In this document: in pieces, positions 23,915-30,947 of the stretch
Position numbering within the stretch: position 1 is the first letter of the stretch
Layout: every line of letters begins with the position of its first letter
Virus record (IMG/VR): IMGVR_UViG_3300045988_115474
Source: a virus
Reading direction: 5' to 3' (one strand)
Length of the DNA stretch: 64,000 bases
Notes under the pieces: generated by a model
Database searches by the model: none
What the model saw: the letters and a program-made list of their open reading frames with translations, nothing else
What the model was told of the DNA's origin: nothing
Made by a program: the position numbers and the translations under genes

Positions 23915-26125
23915 ATGAGAACTTTGCTTCTTTTCCGTGGAGCACCCGGATGCGGGAAATCCACCTATATTAAAGAGCATGATCTGGAAAAGTATACGCT
24001 TAGTGCCGATACGATTCGCCTTATGTGTCAGGGTGGTCAGGAAACCCCAGCTGGCACAATGGAAATCTCTCCTCAGAACGATGATGTTGTCTGGGATATG
24101 CTCTTTAAACTGTTGGAGGTTCGGATGTCTCACGGTGAATTTACCGTGATTGATGCAACGAATTCCAAGACGGTCGAAATGAATCGTTATAAGAATCTTG
24201 CAAAACAGTATCGTTATCGGATGTATGTTATTAACATGACGGACCTTCCGATCGAGGAATGCAAACGAAGAAACGCTCAGAGAGAATGGCTGAAGCGAGT
24301 TCCTGAAGCGGCTATTGATAAGATGTACGCTCGGTTTGCTACTCAAAAAGTTCCTTCTGGCGTGACAGTTCTTCCTTCTACTACGGATGTGATGTCCGAT
24401 TTGAACTACTGTCCGAATGACTTCAACCAGTGGAAGAAGATTCATGTCATCGGTGATGTTCATGGCTGTTATACTTGTTTAAGTGAATACCTTGGTGAGA
24501 TGAAGGACGACGAACTTTATATCTTCGTTGGTGATTATCTCGATCGTGGCATTGAAAACGTTGAGGTATTCAAGTTCTTGTGTGATGTTGTAAATAACAA
24601 CCGCAAGAATGTGATCCTTTTGGAAGGGAATCACGAGCGTTGGCTGAACAAGTGGGGGCATGATGAACCGGTTCAGAGTGAAGAGTTTGCAAACTACACT
24701 CGTCCGCAGCTCTTTAAAGCCGGTATTGACAAGAACACTGCTCGTAAGATCTATTCCAGAGTTGGCCAATGTGCCTACTTTGAGTATGATGGGAAGCAGT
24801 ATTTCGTGAGCCACGGTGGTTTGAGTTATCTGCCTTATTTTCTTCCTTTTGTATCTGCTGACCAGATGATTAAAGGTGTGGGTCGCTATCCTGATATGCT
24901 AACCGTGGCTGAGTCTTGGGAAAAATCGATGCCGGATAGCTACATTCAGATCTTCGGTCATCGAAATGTGCAGGATGTTCCTATTGATATGGGGCATCGG
25001 TGTTACAACCTCGAAGGAAAAATCGAGTTTGGTGGATATCTCCGTTGCGTGGAACTTGAACACGGTCAGTCAATCAAATGTGTAGAAACAAAGAACGATG
25101 TGTTCCGAAAAGAGGAGCCAAAGACTGAAACTGCCGTTGAAATGAAAACTGAGTTCGATAACGCAGAACTTGTCAGTAAGATGCGTCAAAGCAAATATGT
25201 GTTTGAGAAGCGATTCGGAGATATTTCTTCTTTCAACTTCTCTCGTGAAGCATTTTATAAGAAGCACTGGGATGAGGTTTCTACCAAAGCAAGGGGATTG
25301 TTCATTAACACAAAGACGAATAAGATTGTAGCTCGAAGCTATGATAAGTTCTTTGCGGTCGATGAGCGGAATGAAACGAGAATTGGAAACCTACAGAACA
25401 CTTTGAAGTTCCCGGTGACTGCATATCTGAAGGAAAACGGATTTCTTGGCATTGTCTCATATGATGCAGAACAGGATGGTCTGTTCATTGCAAGTAAATC
25501 CACTCCTGAAGGGCCTTTTGCAGATATGTTCCGAAAGATTCTCATGGATACGACTTCTGATGAAGACCGTAAGAATCTGAAGGAAGTTGCAAAAGAGAAT
25601 GGTTCCATCATTTTTGAGGTGATTGATCCTATAAATGATGCTCATATCATCGAATACAAGAAACCGCACATTGTTTTGCTGGATATTGTTGCGAATGATA
25701 TGAACTTCAGTGTGATGGATTACGATGATCTGAAGCGTGTTGCTGAAAAGTGTCATTTGCAGATTAAGGAGAAGGTTAAGATCTTTGAGTGCTGGAGTGA
25801 ATTCTATCCTTGGTATGAAGAAGTCATGAATGAGAATTATCTGTACCATGGCATCGAGCATATTGAAGGCTTTGTTTTGAGAGATAACAACAATTTTATG
25901 TTTAAGCTGAAGCTTCCTTATTATAAGCACTGGAAGTTCTTGCGTGGTGTTATGCAGAGCGTTCAGAAGCGTGGCTATTATGAAAATACCGCAAAGTTGT
26001 TTACTGCTGAGGATAACCTGTTCTATGGTTGGATGCGTGAGCAACGAGAGAAAGATCAGGAATCTTTCTGCAAGAAGGGTATTATTCAGTTACGGAATGA
26101 ATTCTATGAGAATCGGCACGAATAA
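23915..26125 (+). CDS. polynucleotide kinase / phosphatase / ligase (bacterial Pnkp-like RNA end-healing and sealing enzyme)
   Basis: N-terminus: P-loop kinase FRGAPGCGKST. Middle: calcineurin-like phosphoesterase motifs HVIGDVHGC, GDYLDRG and GNHER. C-terminus: nucleotidyltransferase/ligase-like motifs KENGFLG (motif I, K-x-N-G), EGFVLRD (IV) and FKLKLP (V). RBS AAAAGGGGAGAAAACAATG. Confidence 0.75.
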   Translation: MRTLLLFRGAPGCGKSTYIKEHDLEKYTLSADTIRLMCQGGQETPAGTMEISPQNDDVVWDMLFKLLEVRMSHGEFTVIDATNSKTVEMNRYKNLAKQYRYRMYVINMTDLPIEECKRRNAQREWLKRVPEAAIDKMYARFATQKVPSGVTVLPSTTDVMSDLNYCPNDFNQWKKIHVIGDVHGCYTCLSEYLGEMKDDELYIFVGDYLDRGIENVEVFKFLCDVVNNNRKNVILLEGNHERWLNKWGHDEPVQSEEFANYTRPQLFKAGIDKNTARKIYSRVGQCAYFEYDGKQYFVSHGGLSYLPYFLPFVSADQMIKGVGRYPDMLTVAESWEKSMPDSYIQIFGHRNVQDVPIDMGHRCYNLEGKIEFGGYLRCVELEHGQSIKCVETKNDVFRKEEPKTETAVEMKTEFDNAELVSKMRQSKYVFEKRFGDISSFNFSREAFYKKHWDEVSTKARGLFINTKTNKIVARSYDKFFAVDERNETRIGNLQNTLKFPVTAYLKENGFLGIVSYDAEQDGLFIASKSTPEGPFADMFRKILMDTTSDEDRKNLKEVAKENGSIIFEVIDPINDAHIIEYKKPHIVLLDIVANDMNFSVMDYDDLKRVAEKCHLQIKEKVKIFECWSEFYPWYEEVMNENYLYHGIEHIEGFVLRDNNNFMFKLKLPYYKHWKFLRGVMQSVQKRGYYENTAKLFTAEDNLFYGWMREQREKDQESFCKKGIIQLRNEFYENRHE

Positions 26126-26190
26126 CTAAGATATTTTCTTCCTCCGAAATGCCCTGCGCGGGGCTGACAGCCGGGAAAGACCGGCGATAT

Positions 26191-26266
26191 GGCCCTATGG
26201 CGGAATTAGGCATACGCAACAAGCTCAAACCTTGTAAAATTCTCAGTTCAAATCTGAGTAGGGCTA
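26191..26266 (+). tRNA. tRNA with anticodon CAA in a class I (short variable arm) fold; isotype unclear (Leu-like anticodon without a long arm)
   Basis: Manual fold: acceptor GGCCCTA/TAGGGCT (G1-U72), D arm GCGG..ACGC, anticodon stem ACAAG/CTTGT, loop CTCAAAC, T arm CTCAG-TTCAAAT-CTGAG, A73 and encoded CCA. Confidence 0.5.
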
Positions 26267-26348
26267 CCAACCCATTTGCAGATGGGTAAGTGCTAGAATA
26301 TTGGCAAATTGGAAAGACGGTTGACTGCTGGACAGACAGCTTTGATAT

Positions 26349-26431
26349 GCTACCGTGGTGGAATGGCAGACACCGGAGACTTAAAATCTCCTGTCGGCAA
26401 CGACGTGCCCGTTCAAGTCGGGTCGGTAGCA
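26349..26431 (+). tRNA. tRNA-Leu (anticodon TAA), class II
   Basis: Acceptor GCTACCG/CGGTAGC, anticodon stem GGAGA/TCTCC with loop CTTAAAA, 15-nt variable arm with GTCG/CGAC stem, T arm GCCCG-TTCAAGT-CGGGT, A73. Confidence 0.75.
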
Positions 26432-26438
26432 CTAATAT

Positions 26439-26511
26439 CCGGGTGTAGCTCAGTTGGAAGAGCGCCTGCTTTGGGAGCAGGAGGCCGCAGGATCATGACC
26501 TGTCACTCGGA
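26439..26511 (+). tRNA. tRNA-Pro (anticodon TGG)
   Basis: C1-G72 acceptor (CCGGGTG/CACTCGG), D arm GCTC-AGTTGGAA-GAGC, anticodon stem CCTGC/GCAGG with loop TTTGGGA, T arm GCAGG-ATCATGA-CCTGT (A54/U58 variant), A73 and CCA. Confidence 0.65.
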
Positions 26512-26602
26512 CCAGCCCGAAAGGGTATGTAGAATTTTTCATTCACATTATTCCCAGCCCTCTGGAAACAGAGCAGTGTGGCATAGCAAGCTGGGTAGAT
26601 TA

Positions 26603-26674
26603 CGAGGATTAGCCAAGCGGATAAGGCAGTGGAATTTGACTCCACGACCGCAGGTTCGATTCCTGCACACTCGA
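26603..26674 (+). tRNA. tRNA-Gln-like (anticodon TTG) with two acceptor-stem mismatches
   Basis: D arm GCCAAGCGGATAAGGC, anticodon stem GTGGA/TCCAC with loop ATTTGAC, T arm GCAGG-TTCGATT-CCTGC. Acceptor CGAGGAT/ACACTCG pairs at only 5 of 7 positions. Confidence 0.5.
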
Positions 26675-26681
26675 TTTATAT

Positions 26682-26763
26682 GCGGGTATGGTGTAACTGG
26701 CAGCCACGCGGATTTTAGGTGTCCGTGCCGAAAGGCGTGAGGGATCGTGCCCCTCTACCCGTA
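26682..26763 (+). tRNA. tRNA-Leu (anticodon TAG), class II
   Basis: Acceptor GCGGGTA/TACCCGT, anticodon stem CGGAT/GTCCG with loop TTTAGGT, 13-nt variable arm (GCC-GAAA-GGC), T arm GAGGG-ATCGTGC-CCCTC, A73 and CCA. Confidence 0.7.
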
Positions 26764-26869
26764 CCACGGTCATAGAATGGTTGCGTACCGTTTGTTGATC
26801 TCCTTTGGCCACTATTATTCCCAGCTCGCTCGTAAGAGTGCAGTAGTGCTTTGTAAACTGGGTGATTGT

Positions 26870-26941
26870 GCAGTTATTGTGTAGTTGGTAAGCACGCTTG
26901 CTGATGAAGTAAGAGGACGAGTTCAAAACTCATTGACTGCA
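26870..26941 (+). tRNA. tRNA-like element (possible degenerate tRNA or pseudogene)
   Basis: Acceptor GCAGTTA/TGACTGC pairs fully and the D arm is good (GTGT..GCAC), but the anticodon loop TGATGAA lacks U33, the T stem has a mismatch and the variable region is 3 nt. Confidence 0.3.
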
Positions 26942-27144
26942 AAATATGAAATCAGTTGTTCTAGCTCGTTCGTGGATTGGCCGTACATTGGCGACCGGAA
27001 AGACGTCATACCGGTAAAGGACGTCAAGCCAGACAAGAAGAGAAATAAGGTGTAAGCCGACTAGCTATCGGATAAATACTCTTCGGTTCGCCAGAAAACT
27101 AGAATGTAAAACGAATGGTTGGCTGTTTCTGATTTCATTTATAT

Positions 27145-27217
27145 GCGACTGTAGTTCAATTGGCAGAGCGTCAGATTTCCAATCTGAATGTTGCGGGATC
27201 GTGCCCCGTCAGTCGCT
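27145..27217 (+). tRNA. tRNA-Gly (anticodon TCC)
   Basis: Perfect acceptor GCGACTG/CAGTCGC, D arm GTTC..GAGC, anticodon stem TCAGA/TCTGA with loop TTTCCAA, T arm GCGGG-ATCGTGC-CCCGT, U73 and CCA. Confidence 0.75.
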
Positions 27218-27351
27218 CCACACGCAGCCCCTTACGCTGCACCGGTTGCTCAGAGCCGAAAGAAACCTATATGTTACGACATGGTTGCCAAGAGTGATCA
27301 TATTGGAACGCGACGTAGCTTGGATAGTGAGAATTAAATTCTGAGGTATAC

Positions 27352-27420
27352 TGCTGGATAGCTTAATGGTAAAAGCGCTCGGAAACGCCGAGAGATAAGG
27401 TTCAATTCCTTCACTGGCAT
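27352..27420 (+). tRNA. degenerate tRNA-like element (anticodon loop of only 5 nt)
   Basis: Acceptor TGCTGGA/ACTGGCA (6 of 7 pairs including G-U), D arm GCTT-AATGGTAA-AAGC, T arm TAAGG-TTCAATT-CCTTC; the anticodon arm CTCGG-AAACG-CCGAG is too short to be functional. Confidence 0.25.
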
Positions 27421-27447
27421 CACGCCGATGAAAGTCGGCGTTTGCAT

Positions 27448-27521
27448 GGGATAGTAGCTCAGTTGGTCAGAGCTGGCGGCTCATAACCGCTTGGTCGCGA
27501 GTTCAAATCTTGCCTGTCCCA
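27448..27521 (+). tRNA. tRNA-Met (anticodon CAT), elongator or Ile2-like (G1-C72 paired, so not an initiator)
   Basis: Acceptor GGGATAG/CTGTCCC, D arm GCTC-AGTTGGTCA-GAGC, anticodon stem GGCGG/CCGCT with loop CTCATAA, T arm GCGAG-TTCAAAT-CTTGC, A73 and CCA. Confidence 0.8.
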
Positions 27522-27627
27522 CCAGCCCGATAGGGCATACATAAAATCTGCTAGAACTTTTGTTTTATAAGCGAATTTATAATATGACGTTAATACGTCT
27601 ATTATTTTTCGCTCATTTTTAAAGTTT

Positions 27628-27648
27628 TAGCTATATAATACAGGATAC
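27628..27648 (+). promoter_or_regulatory. conserved element, B orientation (TAGCTATATAATACAGGATAC), immediately upstream of the RBS of the methyltransferase operon
   Basis: 20 of 21 identity with the other copies; followed by AAAAGGAGG. Confidence 0.5.
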
Positions 27649-27723
27649 TAAAAGGAGGAATGTGTAATCTTACGAGTTTTAATTGCCTGTGAAGAATCAC
27701 AGGAAGTTTGTAAAGCATTTCGA

Positions 27724-28368
27724 TTGCTTGGTCATGAAGCGTATTCTTGCGATATTCAACCTCCGTCCGGTGGTCACCCAGAGTGGCATATTTTGGGTAA
27801 CGCACTGGCAGCTCTACAGGGTGGGCAGATAGTCACAATGGACGGCACACAACACTATGTTAAGCAGTGGGATCTATTGATTGCACATCCTCCGTGTACA
27901 TATTTATCAAACGCTGGCGCACGATGGTTATGGGCTGGACACAAATTGAATCAAGAACGGTATCAACGAGGATTGGAAGCTAAGGAATTTTTTATGGCGT
28001 TTTATAACGCACCGATCAAACACATTTGTGTTGAAAATCCAATTCCGAGTGCTGTTTATGAAATGCCAAAACCATCGCAGATGATTCAGCCATATGAATT
28101 TTATGGTAAGGACCACCCATGGACAAAGAAGACCTGTTTATGGCTGAAAGGTCTTCCTAATCTGGTTCCGGTTGAAGCGGTTGAACCGAAGGGTCCGTAT
28201 TGTCCTTGTGGAACTTCGGCCAATAAAGGCAATGTAAGAAATCGTGGCGCAGCCAAACGTGGTGAGGATGCGAAAAATAGAGCCAAGACTTTTCATGGCG
28301 TTGCTCGTGCCTTTGCAGAACAGTTCTCGGCTTACATCGAAAGTGAGGGCGAAAATGCCAGAAAATAA
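27724..28368 (+). CDS. C5-cytosine-methyltransferase-like protein (PC and ENV motifs); N-terminal boundary unresolved, with the reading frame open upstream to 27652 but no canonical start
   Basis: Motif IV-like LIAHPPCTYLSNAG and motif VI-like ICVENPIP. The upstream in-frame RVLIACEESQEVCKAF resembles a motif I strand but lacks FxGxGG. The nearest ATG (27660) is in another frame with 1-nt SD spacing. Confidence 0.45.
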   Translation: MLGHEAYSCDIQPPSGGHPEWHILGNALAALQGGQIVTMDGTQHYVKQWDLLIAHPPCTYLSNAGARWLWAGHKLNQERYQRGLEAKEFFMAFYNAPIKHICVENPIPSAVYEMPKPSQMIQPYEFYGKDHPWTKKTCLWLKGLPNLVPVEAVEPKGPYCPCGTSANKGNVRNRGAAKRGEDAKNRAKTFHGVARAFAEQFSAYIESEGENARK

Positions 28369-28891
28369 GGGTTATCTTACGGCAGACCGTTCATCTAATG
28401 GAGATGAGCGATACACGCCACGGTACGCAGTAACTCCGTTGCTTGAGTTCATCCCCCCATCGAGCCAAGTAGTGATTTGGTGTCCATTTGATAAGGATTG
28501 GTCTGAATTCGCAAAAGTATTTCGAGAAGCGGGATATCAAGTAGAGTGCAGCCACATTGATAATGGGCAAGATTTCTTTACATATGAACCTGAGTGCTGG
28601 GACATTATGATTTCAAATCCGCCGTTTAGTAAGAAAGATAGGGTGCTCCGCAGAGCGTATGAGCTTGGAAAACCATTTGCTTTATTACTTCCGGCAAACA
28701 GTATCCAAGGCAAGACGAGATTTGAAATCTTCAATAACGATGTTCAAATGCTCTGCTTTGACTCAAGAATCGGATTTATGGATGACAAGCATAAGGACAA
28801 GCCCGTCGAGGGAGTGTCATTTGGCAGTGCGTATTTCTGCCGAGACTTCTTACCAAGCAAGTTGGAGTTACGAAAACTTATAAAAGGCTAA
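28355..28891 (+). CDS. DNA N6-adenine methyltransferase-like (phage Dam, PF05869-like)
   Basis: In frame with ORF-track 28244-28891; ATG 28355 after GAGGGCGAAA. Contains ERYTPRYAV (W/Y-TP N-terminal motif) and catalytic NPPFS. Confidence 0.55.
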   Translation: MPENKGYLTADRSSNGDERYTPRYAVTPLLEFIPPSSQVVIWCPFDKDWSEFAKVFREAGYQVECSHIDNGQDFFTYEPECWDIMISNPPFSKKDRVLRRAYELGKPFALLLPANSIQGKTRFEIFNNDVQMLCFDSRIGFMDDKHKDKPVEGVSFGSAYFCRDFLPSKLELRKLIKG

Positions 28892-28911
28892 TTCAAATAA
28901 GAGGTGACCTG

Positions 28912-29118
28912 ATGAACAGCAAAATCTCAATCAATGCAACCATTGACCACGGTTCTTTGAGCCTTCCGGCTGGCCCTATTTTCCAGAAGGAAAAGAATAC
29001 ATATCTTTGTCCGTTTTGTGTGACGAAGTTGGAAAAGTTCGAGTGTGAGTGTTCTGATTGCCATCGTAAGATGGATTGGAGCAGGTTTACTGAAAAGAAG
29101 GAGGAGATGTTTAGTTGA
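28912..29118 (+). CDS. hypothetical zinc-ribbon protein
   Basis: CPFCVTK...CECSDCHRK; ATGA overlap with the upstream gene. Confidence 0.45.
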   Translation: MNSKISINATIDHGSLSLPAGPIFQKEKNTYLCPFCVTKLEKFECECSDCHRKMDWSRFTEKKEEMFS

Positions 29119-29393
29119 ATATAGATTTCTTCCAACGGCGCAAGACACAGCTTGAGGATACGCTTCTTTTGAAAAATCAAGCGGTCGATATGCTTGATTA
29201 TCTAAAGACGCATCGCATCAACAACGACCAGTATTGTGCCATTCGAGATTACATTGAAGAAGCTGCGAAGATTCTGGAGAGTGACCTCGAATACGCAAAC
29301 AACAAGTTGCAGTCCGCATTCAGACCTAAGTATGGTCGGAACAGTAGACTGACTCGTGCTCAATCTAAGATGTTCTGTGATAGAGAATATTAA
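29115..29393 (+). CDS. hypothetical protein
   Basis: ORF-track ORF; GAAGGAGGAGATGTTTAGTTGAATATAG context with overlap coupling. Confidence 0.4.
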   Translation: MNIDFFQRRKTQLEDTLLLKNQAVDMLDYLKTHRINNDQYCAIRDYIEEAAKILESDLEYANNKLQSAFRPKYGRNSRLTRAQSKMFCDREY

Positions 29394-29411
29394 AAATGGG
29401 GTGATGCCGAT

Positions 29412-29630
29412 ATGGTGATAAGTAAACATGTTTGTAACTGGTGTGGTAAGGAATATTCCAAGAATCCTTGTGGAGATACAATCTCTATGTATCACGAATT
29501 TGGTTATGAAAGCCCGACATGGGATGGTGCGAAGCTACAGTTCTCTTTGTGTCAGGAGTGCTCAGATAAGTTTGCAGGAGTGCTCCGAGCGATGTTTACA
29601 TACGATCCTATTGAAGATTCTCAGTGTTAA
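29412..29630 (+). CDS. hypothetical zinc-ribbon protein
   Basis: CNWCGKEYSKNPCGD...CQECSDKF. Confidence 0.45.
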   Translation: MVISKHVCNWCGKEYSKNPCGDTISMYHEFGYESPTWDGAKLQFSLCQECSDKFAGVLRAMFTYDPIEDSQC

Positions 29631-29776
29631 CGACCCGGAGGGTTGTTAAATATAAGCCATCAATAAGCCAGACGGAGGACAATACATAGAATGAATAGTG
29701 CATGAATTGATTTAAGACAGCAGAAAGAAACATAAGTGATTATCAATGAAACAAAATTACATAAAGGAGACTTGAT

Positions 29777-30877
29777 ATGGCAGATATAATTTTTAATCTT
29801 CCTCAGACCCGTGGCTCTTTTGAGATGGCTGGTAAGGTCACCGGCACTCAGCGTAGCAACTTCTATAATGAGAAGGAGACAAAGAGTGGTGCTATGCGTC
29901 GTGTCCTGAGCTTTGGCGTTCAGACTTCTAACGAAAACACTTTTTATATTGATCTGGCTGGTATGCCTCGCGACAAGGTTTACTTCTTCCGCCGTGCCGA
30001 TAAGGACAAGGGCATTGAGAAGGACAAGAAGGAAGTCGCTTGGAAGGATCGTCTGACTTATGTTGCACCGGAAGGCTATGACATGATTGGCGTTAAGGTT
30101 GGTGTTACCAAAAAGACGAATGAGTCCGGTAAGCTTGTCAACGATAACAAGACTCTGACCAACTTCGATGCAACCAAGGAGATTTCTGAGAACCTGCATG
30201 ACGGCGATAACGTGTATGTTCGTGGTAACATCGAGTACAGCACTTACAATGGTAAGCACCAGATTCGCTTTGTTCCTACTCAGGTGTCGCTGAGTTCTAA
30301 GGAAATCGACTTCGACGCAGAGGGTTTTGAGGAACTGGCTCTGTTCACTCAGACCATTGTGTACACTGGTTGCCGCAAGAGCGATGAGGATGATGAAGTA
30401 GTTGTTGATGCCAAGATTGTGAACTACAACACCATCGAAGATGCCGAGTTCTTTATTGACTATAAGGCAAACGCTCAGAATAAGGTTCTGGCAGACTCTA
30501 TTCGTAAGCGTCTGAAGCCTTATACCAGTTTTGAGTGCTTTGGCCCTATCGTTAATCAGCAGAAGGTTGAGGAAGTTGAGACCGAGAATATCTGGGGTGG
30601 TCCCAACAAGATGAAGCGCCAGAGCACTCCGGCGGTTCGCAAGCTGTATATTGAAGGTGTTAACCCTGATTCCTTTGATCCGAACCCAGGCGAGAAGGAT
30701 GCGGAGCCCACTTACACTGAGGACAATATCTCCGAGGCACGGGCAAAGATTGCTGCCAATGCTCAGGCAAAGAAGGACTTCGATGGCAAGGCTGCTGAGA
30801 ATGATACCTCTTGGTGGGGTGGTTCTAATAAGTCTACTGTAACTTCTGAAGATGAGGAAGATATCAACTGGGGCTAA
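29777..30877 (+). CDS. putative single-stranded DNA-binding protein (phage SSB-like, acidic C-terminal tail)
   Basis: Sits immediately upstream of a RecA-like (Sak4-type) ATPase, the typical ssb-sak4 arrangement; acidic C-terminus TSEDEEDINWG; strong RBS AAAGGAGACTTGATATG. No direct motif proof. Confidence 0.4.
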   Translation: MADIIFNLPQTRGSFEMAGKVTGTQRSNFYNEKETKSGAMRRVLSFGVQTSNENTFYIDLAGMPRDKVYFFRRADKDKGIEKDKKEVAWKDRLTYVAPEGYDMIGVKVGVTKKTNESGKLVNDNKTLTNFDATKEISENLHDGDNVYVRGNIEYSTYNGKHQIRFVPTQVSLSSKEIDFDAEGFEELALFTQTIVYTGCRKSDEDDEVVVDAKIVNYNTIEDAEFFIDYKANAQNKVLADSIRKRLKPYTSFECFGPIVNQQKVEEVETENIWGGPNKMKRQSTPAVRKLYIEGVNPDSFDPNPGEKDAEPTYTEDNISEARAKIAANAQAKKDFDGKAAENDTSWWGGSNKSTVTSEDEEDINWG

Positions 30878-30892
30878 AATTTTTTAGTCTTA

Positions 30893-30911
30893 GATGTGTA
30901 ATACAGGATAC
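30893..30911 (+). promoter_or_regulatory. partial copy of the conserved element (GTGTAATACAGGATAC)
   Basis: Shares TAATACAGGATAC with the B-orientation copies; 37 nt upstream of ATG 30948. Confidence 0.35.
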
Positions 30912-30947
30912 CAATAAAAGAAAAGATTTAGAGAGGAATTTACATAT

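Noticed and set aside
26130-26190. GC-rich hairpins (GCCCtgcgcgGGGC, CCGGgaaagaCCGG) after the RNA-repair gene as an intrinsic terminator.
   Set aside because: No U-tract follows the hairpins, which directly abut the first tRNA. They are more likely part of a tRNA precursor leader or processing structure than a terminator.
26082-26926. ORFs 26082-26432 (-), 26309-26740 (+) and 26609-26926 (-) spanning the tRNA region.
   Set aside because: They run straight through well-folded tRNA genes and structured spacers and have no RBS, so they are artefacts of ORF calling over stable-RNA DNA.
26191-27521. Amber-suppressor tRNA hypothesis to explain the in-frame TAG at 17107.
   Set aside because: None of the tRNAs I could fold has anticodon CUA. 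The TAG-anticodon tRNA (26682-26763) reads CUA leucine codons, not the stop codon.
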